Source of the DNA: a virus
Lineage: Duplodnaviria > Caudoviricetes
DNA length: 64,000 nucleotides
Virus record (IMG/VR): IMGVR_UViG_3300042473_000311
Location: 1,055-65,054 of that record
Reading direction: 5' to 3' (one strand)
Under the pieces are notes generated by a model, which saw only the letters and a program-made list of their open reading frames with translations, was not told the origin of the DNA and ran no database searches. A program made the position numbers and the translations under genes. This document shows, piece after piece, positions 47,933 to 55,839 of this stretch (positions are counted from its first letter, which is position 1; each line of letters opens with the position of its first letter).

Positions 47933-48085
47933 ATGAGAACAAAACTAATTGAGATTATTGAAGGATATGCTTCAGATGAATTAACAAGTAATGATTGGAT
48001 AGACATAGCTAAAGAATCAGATGAAGAGTTACTAGATAGAGTAGCTAACATCCTTGATTATTACGTTAAAGATTACCACTCATGA
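47933..48085 (+). CDS. Hypothetical acidic protein (50 aa)
   Basis: MRTKLIEIIEGY...; ATGA overlap with the next gene. Confidence 0.55.
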   Translation: MRTKLIEIIEGYASDELTSNDWIDIAKESDEELLDRVANILDYYVKDYHS

Positions 48086-48405
48086 TGAACGATATAGATT
48101 GGGAGAAGGTAAATATATATCTCCACGCAGATAAGACTGGCTTTATCGAAGAAGAAACAGATGATTCAATAGTAACGCTAGACTTTACCTGGTATGTTGA
48201 GTCATGCATTGATGAATGGTTTAAGGTTGCTGTTAGCTTCGATGCTATATACATCTACGATAAAGATACTGGTAACTTTTATAGTGTACCATCCACGCAC
48301 GTACAAGAGATTCTATCAGAAAGAATAGAAACAGATGTTAACGAGGGAGCAGGACACTTAGGGTTAGATAATTACCACGAAGATAAATACTTAGATTTTG
48401 ATTAA
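48082..48405 (+). CDS. Acidic early hypothetical protein
   Basis: 107 aa, D/E-rich. Confidence 0.65.
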   Translation: MMNDIDWEKVNIYLHADKTGFIEEETDDSIVTLDFTWYVESCIDEWFKVAVSFDAIYIYDKDTGNFYSVPSTHVQEILSERIETDVNEGAGHLGLDNYHEDKYLDFD

Positions 48406-48851
48406 TAAATAATAAATAATATGAATACATATCACTTTTGCTATGTGATAGGCGAGGAACTATGCACAGGCGTTAACATTAAATCAGCATCTTACTTAGG
48501 CGCTATGCAGAAGTTTAATAATACTTATGGTAACAAAGACCTACTGTACGTAATGAAACTAAATACAATTAAATAATATGATAGAAAAAGGCGTATGGTT
48601 TGTAATACTTGTATCTTGGATATTCAATCTATTCTATGTGGGTACAATATTCTTTATGATGTTTTACTCAGTAATAGATTCCATAACCTTAATGTTTAAA
48701 TAATGGATTTAATAACAAAAATTAGCATACTATTTTATTCAGTTATCAGCTTGATTTACTGTATATTATTCATCTTATTCATGGTTTCATTCATAACAAC
48801 AATGTATTACATACTTATAAAACAATTAATATTTTAACTAAATTAGCATAT

Positions 48852-49274
48852 ATGATTTACGATATGAAAGTAATAGACCTACTCAAAGAAAATCTACCAA
48901 AGAAATATGTAGATGCAGTAATTAAGAATGTTAAAGATAAGAAGGATCTTAATCAAGATGCTGAGTCTTTAGAAGTTGAGTTACTATCTCTATTCGATTG
49001 GGATGAATCACCAGAAGGCTTTGAGTTCTGGAGTGAGGTCCTTAACTCCGTACTAATGGGCGAACCACTACCAGACTTTAAGAGTATAAGATACAATAGT
49101 AAAAAAGCTTTCTACATAGACTACTTACCAGGAACTACCATATTCACCGATGGACACATAAGAATATTCAATGTATCAGGTGTAGGTATAGATATTAAAT
49201 TAGAGTACAGTAGTATTATGGCTAGAGATTCTTTCCCCGAAGTAGCTGAGAAATATTATTCATCTGTTAATTAA
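48852..49274 (+). CDS. Hypothetical protein (FDW..SPEGFEFW motif)
   Basis: 140-aa ORF. Confidence 0.65.
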   Translation: MIYDMKVIDLLKENLPKKYVDAVIKNVKDKKDLNQDAESLEVELLSLFDWDESPEGFEFWSEVLNSVLMGEPLPDFKSIRYNSKKAFYIDYLPGTTIFTDGHIRIFNVSGVGIDIKLEYSSIMARDSFPEVAEKYYSSVN

Positions 49275-49295
49275 TATAAAAATTATTCTTATCTT

Positions 49296-49412
49296 TGTCG
49301 TAACACGACATAATTAAACTTGAATTTTATTAATACAAGAGAGTATAAACCGCCACGTCTTTATGTCGTGTTTAGTGTGGCGGCTCTCTTTACCTTTAAA
49401 AACACGACAATG
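49296..49412 (+). promoter_or_regulatory. Structured leader with alternative pairings upstream of the initiator gene
   Basis: AACACGACATAA (49302), its complement TTATGTCGTGTT(T) (49361) in a hairpin loop, and AAACACGACA (49400) abutting the ATG. Confidence 0.7.
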
Positions 49413-49982
49413 AAAAAGGAAAAAAAAGATTTCTTCAAGATTACATTTGAAGATATGCAATTAGCAAAACAATTTTTTGAAAATGAAAAGCATTATATCC
49501 AATGGCTTTTTGCAGTTTCTGAATATTATCAGGGCAATTTAGTTACGATAAAAACTAAAATCGTAAAAAAATATTTCAATAATTATAAAAAGACAATGGA
49601 CTTTGTTATCAATTCAAAACAACTTGGTGAAAAAGGTGGTTTGAAACGAGTTGAGAATCAGTTACTTAACAATCAAACCCTTGAAGGGTCCCTTGAAGGG
49701 GTGGTTGAACTACCCTTGAAGCATCCCTCCAACCAAATAATAAATAATAAAATAGAAAATATAAATAATAAAGAAATAATAAATAATATAAATAATAAAG
49801 TATTAATGAGTAAAGAAGAATTTATAAATAAAATAGAAAAAGCAATAGAAGAAAGAAATCTAAATAGAGAAAAAGCTTTTGAATCTGTCGCTTACTATTT
49901 ACAGTTTGGGTTCTTTAGTTATTCTGAAGAAGATAGATTGAAAATAGCAGATATGTTGGACAAATGTAAAAATTTAATATGA
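49410..49982 (+). CDS. Probable replication initiator (lambda O-like architecture)
   Basis: G.KGG motif, internal direct repeats, then an N/K/I-rich AT tract; upstream of Sak, DnaB and SSB. Confidence 0.65.
   Translation: MKKEKKDFFKITFEDMQLAKQFFENEKHYIQWLFAVSEYYQGNLVTIKTKIVKKYFNNYKKTMDFVINSKQLGEKGGLKRVENQLLNNQTLEGSLEGVVELPLKHPSNQIINNKIENINNKEIINNINNKVLMSKEEFINKIEKAIEERNLNREKAFESVAYYLQFGFFSYSEEDRLKIADMLDKCKNLI
49678..49800 (+). repeat. Candidate replication origin: CCCTTGAAG iterons plus A-rich tract
   Basis: CCCTTGAAG at 49678, 49690 and 49713 (degenerate at 49702 and 49725), followed by AATAATAAA repeats. Confidence 0.7.
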
Positions 49983-50073
49983 AAGATTTAGCAATGATAA
50001 CATTCGCAGTAGCAATACTAGTGATAGCCTTTAGATTAGTAAATGAATATAATAACGATTAATAATTAAACAA

Positions 50074-50724
50074 ATGGAAAAAGAAAAGAAAGTTTTAAAA
50101 TGTATTGACAACAAAGGATTGGAGAATAGATTAACTATCGGCAGATATTATCCTGCTGACTATACTTATTCCTATGGTAATGGCGGGCCAATAACCTATT
50201 ATATCCTTGATGACTTAGGAGCTTACTCATATTACTCCTCAACGCATTTCGTGGAAGGAGAACCTCGTTCAATATCAACAACAGATCCTATCGTTGAACA
50301 AGTAAAAGAATTATTTGATGAACGTAGCCAAACAGGAATGAGAAAGTACGGTACTACCCTTCAAGAAAATAATATAGATAACTTCTTTAAACATCTTCAA
50401 GAAGAACTTATGGATGCTGTATTGTACCTCCAGAAACTAAAAGATAATAGAATAGAAGATGAAGAAGAAAGCTTTGTAGATACTTTATCTCACTACATGA
50501 AAAAATCATTCAAGATGGAAACAAAAGAAAATACATCTATTGATTATATCATTGAGCAGTATGAGGATAAAGATTTATCTAATGAGTTTGATAGATACCT
50601 AGCTAAAGAAAAAGCAAAAGAAATGTTTAAGCAACAGATTATAGATGCTTTCTTCTATGGTAGATTTATGAGTGATGAATATGGTAATGGTGAAGGTTAT
50701 TTCAATAAAACATTTAAACAATGA
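50074..50724 (+). CDS. Composite protein with MazG-like helical domain and C-terminal AKEM..QI.DA module
   Basis: ERSQTGMRKYGTTL...HLQEELMDAVLY; C-terminus paralogous to 51097-51339. Confidence 0.6.
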   Translation: MEKEKKVLKCIDNKGLENRLTIGRYYPADYTYSYGNGGPITYYILDDLGAYSYYSSTHFVEGEPRSISTTDPIVEQVKELFDERSQTGMRKYGTTLQENNIDNFFKHLQEELMDAVLYLQKLKDNRIEDEEESFVDTLSHYMKKSFKMETKENTSIDYIIEQYEDKDLSNEFDRYLAKEKAKEMFKQQIIDAFFYGRFMSDEYGNGEGYFNKTFKQ

Positions 50725-51107
50725 GACAGTTAATTTATAATGCAGTTAAATGCTTAGAATGTAATGAGACAATAGTAAGCAGACATAGGCATGACTATAA
50801 GACCTGTGATTGTCCTAACAAAGCTATGGTAGATGGTGGATTAGATTATCAAAGGTATGGTGCTAAGAGCATGAGTAGAATAGTAGCTATAGACATATAT
50901 GCTGATGATGACTATGAAATTGTACGGAGATATGCCGTACGTGGTAGTAGAGGTAAGGATGGATTACAACCGTTATCGTGGATTGCGATATGCGATATGG
51001 ATGACGACTACCTCCAGGCAGTAGTTGATTATGGTGGAGCTGATTGGCATATAGACTTGATTAAGAAAGAAATAGAATACAGAAAAAATAATAAAGATGG
51101 AGAATAA
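50721..51107 (+). CDS. Zn-finger protein
   Basis: CLEC...HRHDYKTCDC...VDGG. Confidence 0.7.
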   Translation: MRQLIYNAVKCLECNETIVSRHRHDYKTCDCPNKAMVDGGLDYQRYGAKSMSRIVAIDIYADDDYEIVRRYAVRGSRGKDGLQPLSWIAICDMDDDYLQAVVDYGGADWHIDLIKKEIEYRKNNKDGE

Positions 51108-51339
51108 ACAAACAGCAGTAAATTGGATGGCAAATGAGTTGCTTTATTTGGACAATGAATATGACATGAAGCTAATTGATAAGAATGAATATCAAGCAAG
51201 AAGAAAAGAAATAATTGACCAAGCCAAAGAAATGTTTGAAGAACAGATAATGGATGCTTATAATCAAGGGAGCAATGATTATGGTTCTCAATGTTATCAA
51301 CCAGAACAATACTACAACGAAACCTTTAAATCAGAATAG
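51097..51339 (+). CDS. Small protein, KQTAVxW...AKEM...ETFKSE family
   Basis: 80 aa, ends inside the 21-nt repeat. Confidence 0.7.
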   Translation: MENKQTAVNWMANELLYLDNEYDMKLIDKNEYQARRKEIIDQAKEMFEEQIMDAYNQGSNDYGSQCYQPEQYYNETFKSE

Positions 51340-51340
51340 A

Positions 51341-51550
51341 ATGAAACAGAAATTTTTATTTATTAAAATGCTTTGGATGGTCATTAGAAACAAAGAAAAT
51401 GGATGGATGTTTTTTAGAATGACAGAACAACAACAAAAGGACTTTTTAAATGATGTTCAAGATGTAGATATTACATTTAGATATATTGGAATGGATAAAA
51501 AAGTTGTTGAAAAAATAGTACACAGATTGGAAACCTTTAAATCAGAATAG
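51341..51550 (+). CDS. Cassette gene 1 (69 aa), hypothetical
   Basis: Starts at the repeat ATG and ends ETFKSE in the next repeat. Confidence 0.7.
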   Translation: MKQKFLFIKMLWMVIRNKENGWMFFRMTEQQQKDFLNDVQDVDITFRYIGMDKKVVEKIVHRLETFKSE

Positions 51551-51551
51551 A

Positions 51552-51746
51552 ATGGCAATGGCAAAAAGATATTTTGACTACGAAACTTACAACAAGTTAG
51601 GGCAACCAGACTTAGGTGCAAAAATGTATTTTATAAGAAACGGCAAAAAAGTATGGGGAACTGTTTCTTCAGTACATTTTACAGGAGAAAAGTCAAAACA
51701 CAAAGGAAAAATAGAATTAGGAATTTCACCCTTTAAATCAGAATAG
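51552..51746 (+). CDS. Cassette gene 2 (64 aa), hypothetical
   Basis: Starts at the repeat ATG and ends PFKSE in the next repeat. Confidence 0.7.
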   Translation: MAMAKRYFDYETYNKLGQPDLGAKMYFIRNGKKVWGTVSSVHFTGEKSKHKGKIELGISPFKSE

Positions 51747-51747
51747 A

Positions 51748-51933
51748 ATGAAAACAGCAGTAGAGTGGTTGGTACAAGAGTTACATGACAATGGATATTT
51801 CCATGAGGGAGTTCCTGAAGATATAGTTAAGATAGCCGAAGGAATGGAAAAAACACAAGAAGCCAAAGAATACCTAAAAGGATTTAGAGATGGTAAAGAA
51901 TGGCAAAGAAAAAATGAAATAATTAACCTTTAA
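51748..51933 (+). CDS. Cassette gene 3 (61 aa), KTAVEWL family
   Basis: Starts at the repeat ATG and stops at a TAA inside the next repeat, in a different frame. Confidence 0.7.
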   Translation: MKTAVEWLVQELHDNGYFHEGVPEDIVKIAEGMEKTQEAKEYLKGFRDGKEWQRKNEIINL

Positions 51934-52082
51934 ATCAGAATAAGATGAAAGAAGAATCTGGAAAAATTCATGCAAATTATAGTTTAATTGTCAGGTTAAT
52001 CCTGACATGTAAGATATAAAAAATAAAAATAATGTTAATAACCTTGTAAATTATATTAATAACTCGTAAATTTGAAACGTCA

Positions 52083-52394
52083 ATGCCACTAAAAACAAAA
52101 AATAAATTCATTGGAATTAAGGATCTATTAGATAATCGCAATATGCGACTGTCAAACCTTCAAGATGAATTAATCAAGTACGGAGTTCCTGGTAATTGGT
52201 ACTGTTATCACAATGTATATAATCTAATCAATGGAGCTATGCCTAAAGATGCTTATGTACTTATGTTCCTAGCTGACTTCTTTGAAGAAGATATGGACTC
52301 AATAATCTACAGGTACTCAGCTCGTAAAGTATATTCCACAGTAGTATCTAGAACACCAATAGAAAAGAAAAAAGTAATAGAAGATTTATTTTAA
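52083..52394 (+). CDS. Possible HTH DNA-binding protein
   Basis: XRE-like spacing (IKDLL...LSNL...LADFF); own promoter at 52067. Confidence 0.45.
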   Translation: MPLKTKNKFIGIKDLLDNRNMRLSNLQDELIKYGVPGNWYCYHNVYNLINGAMPKDAYVLMFLADFFEEDMDSIIYRYSARKVYSTVVSRTPIEKKKVIEDLF

Positions 52395-52404
52395 AAAAAA
52401 ACAA

Positions 52405-52623
52405 ATGAAAGAACTTGAAGAACACCATCTACAAATGCTTCAACTACTTGAAAGCATAGAGGTAATGCTGGATAATGGAGACTCAATACATCCTGACTCT
52501 GTAATTAGAGGAGCTATTCGATTAGCGATAGGTAAGGATGATTACTGTATGCCTGAAGGATTAGATACTCCAGAGAAACATGAGCAGTACTTGAAAGATA
52601 TAGGATTAATAAATAATAAATAA
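52405..52623 (+). CDS. Hypothetical protein
   Basis: 72-aa ORF. Confidence 0.6.
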   Translation: MKELEEHHLQMLQLLESIEVMLDNGDSIHPDSVIRGAIRLAIGKDDYCMPEGLDTPEKHEQYLKDIGLINNK

Positions 52624-52624
52624 A

Positions 52625-52912
52625 ATGAAAATACATTTCGCACAAAGAGTAATGGTAAAGCTTGTACCTAAATCAAGCACAGATGGATCAATGTCTCAGA
52701 ACAAATCATTAGTTCAAAATGATTCAAATAAACACAAAGTATTTATAGATAGAGAAGTGTTTAAGAAGTCTCAGAAAGACATTGATAGCTTAAAAATAGC
52801 TAAGGCAGAGTTTAAACATAAGCCATCAGCTAAGATTAAGGAAGAGATACTAAGAGCATTCATTGACTCATCTATTCCTAATTGGAACTTATCTTTTGTA
52901 TTAACCAAATAA
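52625..52912 (+). CDS. Hypothetical protein
   Basis: 95-aa ORF. Confidence 0.6.
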   Translation: MKIHFAQRVMVKLVPKSSTDGSMSQNKSLVQNDSNKHKVFIDREVFKKSQKDIDSLKIAKAEFKHKPSAKIKEEILRAFIDSSIPNWNLSFVLTK

Positions 52913-52923
52913 ATAATAACAGT

Positions 52924-53841
52924 ATGAATTTAAAAGAACTATCAAGACCTTTGACTATTGATGACATAGACTTCAGAGTACAGTCTATCAATGCTAAAGG
53001 CTACGCTACAATACTAGCGTATAAGGATGCCAGAATTGATATGCAGAGATTAGATCAAGCAGTTGGCCCACTAAACTGGCAACGTAAACATGAACTAATT
53101 GATGGTAAGCTATTCTGTCACGTTGGTTTATATAATCCAGAGACAAGTCAATGGACATGGAAGTCTGACGTAGGTACAGAATCAATGACAGAAGCTACCA
53201 AAGGCGAGGCATCAGATTCATTTAAGCGTGCCTGTTTCAATTGGGGTATAGGTCGTGAGCTTTATGACTATCCAATAATATCTATTAAGCTAGTAGAGAA
53301 AGAAGAATACGAAGTTACTTCTGGTAGAGCCAAACAAACCTGGGGATTACGACTAAGAGATTGGACATGGTTCTCTCAGTTTACAGATGGTAAGATAAGC
53401 TACATAGCTTGTAAAGATACTAATGGCAAGCTAAGATTCCAATGGGGTACATACGTTAAAGAAGAAACATCTACGCCTACTCCTAAAGTAAATCCTGCTA
53501 ATGACCCTGATGCTAACCCTCAAGGGGTACTAAAGAAAAAGACAGATGCTGAGATAGAACTTGAAGCATTAACTCAAGAATATATATCTGTTGTAGGTAA
53601 GAAGCCAACAGCTAAGATGACAGCAGAGATGATGAGAGAAGCTATTGACAAAGAACTTAATGAGTATTTATCTCTATCTCTTTATGAAAAAGCACTTGTT
53701 GATATGAAGAAGCACACCACTAAAGCTGAGCTTAAACAATGGGCGATGACTATACTAGGACAGTTAGAGTCAGCAGACCCAGATAACCTTGAAGCATTCA
53801 AGACTCATTGTAATAATCACGCATTAACTTTAAAGAATTAA
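52924..53841 (+). CDS. Sak/Rad52-like single-strand annealing recombinase
   Basis: IDFRVQ, LAYKDAR...RLD, WKSDVG, KGEASDSFKRA...WGIGRELY. Confidence 0.88.
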   Translation: MNLKELSRPLTIDDIDFRVQSINAKGYATILAYKDARIDMQRLDQAVGPLNWQRKHELIDGKLFCHVGLYNPETSQWTWKSDVGTESMTEATKGEASDSFKRACFNWGIGRELYDYPIISIKLVEKEEYEVTSGRAKQTWGLRLRDWTWFSQFTDGKISYIACKDTNGKLRFQWGTYVKEETSTPTPKVNPANDPDANPQGVLKKKTDAEIELEALTQEYISVVGKKPTAKMTAEMMREAIDKELNEYLSLSLYEKALVDMKKHTTKAELKQWAMTILGQLESADPDNLEAFKTHCNNHALTLKN

Positions 53842-53843
53842 TT

Positions 53844-54290
53844 ATGACTAAAATATTTGAAGAAGTCTTTATAACAAAAGACACAATTAAACAATCGGCC
53901 CTAGCATTTATACAAGAGAATACAGATCCGATAGATGCTTATATGAAAGGCAAGGAGCTAGAAGAAATATCCAAGGAGATAATGGCAGAGGCTAAACAAT
54001 CTGCCCTTGACATACTAACATCTTCTGACGAGAACAAAGTAAAGATTAACGGATGTTGGATAGGCACAAAGGCAGTAGCTCCTACCTATGATTTCTCAGA
54101 CAATCCAGAGTGGGTAGAACTTAATTTTAAGATTAAGCAATTAGAGGCCGATAGAAAGAAGATTGAGACCATGATGATAGAATCATATAGGTATGGTGGT
54201 TTAAGTGACTCAGAGGGCAGAAAAATCATTCCTGCGGCTATCTCAAGAGAAGGAAGTATAACATTACAAGTAACAATACCAAAAGAATAA
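53844..54290 (+). CDS. Hypothetical protein
   Basis: 148-aa ORF after the recombinase. Confidence 0.65.
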   Translation: MTKIFEEVFITKDTIKQSALAFIQENTDPIDAYMKGKELEEISKEIMAEAKQSALDILTSSDENKVKINGCWIGTKAVAPTYDFSDNPEWVELNFKIKQLEADRKKIETMMIESYRYGGLSDSEGRKIIPAAISREGSITLQVTIPKE

Positions 54291-54294
54291 TAAA

Positions 54295-54450
54295 ATGGAA
54301 AGAACAAGAAGAGAAAAAGAAGATATGTACGCATTATTAAAATGTATGTTAGTACTTCTTAAAGTTGAAAAGTTAGATTACTTATTCAACAATGCTATAA
54401 ATGATATAGCATCAGCTATTGATGAGGTTAAAGTAAAAGAAGAAGAGTAA
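54295..54450 (+). CDS. Hypothetical protein (51 aa)
   Basis: MERTRREKEDMY...; TAATG overlap with the next gene. Confidence 0.55.
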   Translation: MERTRREKEDMYALLKCMLVLLKVEKLDYLFNNAINDIASAIDEVKVKEEE

Positions 54451-54995
54451 TGGAAGAACCATCAATGCTTGATACCGTTAAAATGATACGGTGCGTACTT
54501 AAAATATCATCCGCATTCAATGACCTTGACACAATCATGTATGAGAAAAAGTATTTCAAATTTAACTTCAAGAAAGAATCAGTAAAGTGGTTAGAGGTAA
54601 TGGAGTCTCATACTAAATCAATGATGGATGGTATGTCAGAAGATAATCCATATATGCTTGAGGAACTGTACAAATCATTTGAGGAGTCACTACTTAAAGT
54701 ACAGCTAGATAAAGAACAAAAAGAACCTATAATTAGACTGTATGTAAAGCTTAAAAGTTGCCTCAATGACATAGAATCAATGGATGAAGGCAAGAAAAGG
54801 TTAGCTCCTATTATTGTTAAGATAATGACAGAGCCAGTAGTCTATTGGCTTGAGAAACAGTATCAACCAATTCTAGCAATAGTGGATAAAAATGGTAGGA
54901 ATGTTCATGGACTTATAGATTTTTTAGATAACTTTGGACAATCTATAGCTTACCTAGAAAATGAAGGAGACAATGGAGTACGGAAAGATAATTAG
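54450..54995 (+). CDS. Hypothetical protein
   Basis: 181-aa ORF. Confidence 0.65.
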   Translation: MEEPSMLDTVKMIRCVLKISSAFNDLDTIMYEKKYFKFNFKKESVKWLEVMESHTKSMMDGMSEDNPYMLEELYKSFEESLLKVQLDKEQKEPIIRLYVKLKSCLNDIESMDEGKKRLAPIIVKIMTEPVVYWLEKQYQPILAIVDKNGRNVHGLIDFLDNFGQSIAYLENEGDNGVRKDN

Positions 54996-55155
54996 TATAT
55001 CACTAGGAGTGATGATGCTATTTATTATGTATTACACATTCGATAGTATGAACGATAGAAAAGATAATAACTTCTTAATTAAAAAGTTTATTCTACTCTA
55101 CTGTATATTAACATCATTCATTGTAGGATTTTTAATGAACTTAAACTTAGACTAA
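54961..55155 (+). CDS. Small two-helix membrane protein
   Basis: Two hydrophobic segments. Confidence 0.55.
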   Translation: MKETMEYGKIISISLGVMMLFIMYYTFDSMNDRKDNNFLIKKFILLYCILTSFIVGFLMNLNLD

Positions 55156-55457
55156 TGAAAAAAATGGATAAAATAACACAGGCAATATGGGATTGTTTAG
55201 TTGAATTGTACGCTAATTCAAATCCATCTGCTGACTTTAATAAGCTAGTAGAAGAAGCTCCCCTAGATAAAGATGGTCGCAAAGACATTAAATTCATGGA
55301 CTACGAGATAGATTACGATAAGATGGAAGAAATAATAGATAAACATAGAACTAAGCTTCTTAAATACTCTAGAAATAAATTCTATCATGAAAGACAATTC
55401 AACTTTAATGTTTATTTAGGGTGTTCTCCTAAGTCAGTAAAGAACAAAATAGCTTAA
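55155..55457 (+). CDS. Hypothetical protein (ELY..S.P.ADF...LGCSP)
   Basis: 100-aa ORF, TAATG overlap. Confidence 0.65.
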   Translation: MKKMDKITQAIWDCLVELYANSNPSADFNKLVEEAPLDKDGRKDIKFMDYEIDYDKMEEIIDKHRTKLLKYSRNKFYHERQFNFNVYLGCSPKSVKNKIA

Positions 55458-55523
55458 TTATTAATCAGGGTTTTGACTGGCTACTAATAGTGGCTGGTCA
55501 TTCTGCCCTCTAAACTTTTCAAG

Positions 55524-55838
55524 ATGAGCTGGAACGATTGGATAAAGCAAAACACAACAGATAAAGACATAGACTACGATAGATTACTTGAATTAGTAGT
55601 AAGCAGTTACAACCTAGATAAAAAAACTAGGAAGATGGGCCAGAAAGATAGAGTTCAATTTGTATTAGTGTGGTGGAATCAAAACAAAGATAAATTTAGA
55701 AAGTACAATACAACTACTAGAGTTGGAGCATTACTAAACATAGGTCACGCAACAGTCATTCACCACTACGCATATAGAAAGATGTCTAGCATCTACGAAG
55801 AAGAAACAAAATGTATTAAAGACTTTATAGAAAGCTAA
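55524..55838 (+). CDS. DnaA C-terminal-like HTH protein
   Basis: TTRVGALLNIGHATVIH resembles the IG..F.RDH.TV.H HTH. Confidence 0.55.
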   Translation: MSWNDWIKQNTTDKDIDYDRLLELVVSSYNLDKKTRKMGQKDRVQFVLVWWNQNKDKFRKYNTTTRVGALLNIGHATVIHHYAYRKMSSIYEEETKCIKDFIES

Positions 55839-55839
55839 T

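Larger units (their letters stand above)
51323..51947 (+). repeat. Four copies of the 21-nt gene-junction repeat CCTTTAAATCAGAATAGAATG
   Basis: At 51323, 51534 and 51730 (identical) and 51927 (AATAAGATG variant). Confidence 0.92.

Noticed and set aside
51323-51947. CRISPR or classical integron interpretation of the 21-nt repeats
   Set aside because: Intervals are about 175-190 nt and protein-coding, the repeat lacks attC dyad structure, and no integrase or cas gene is seen
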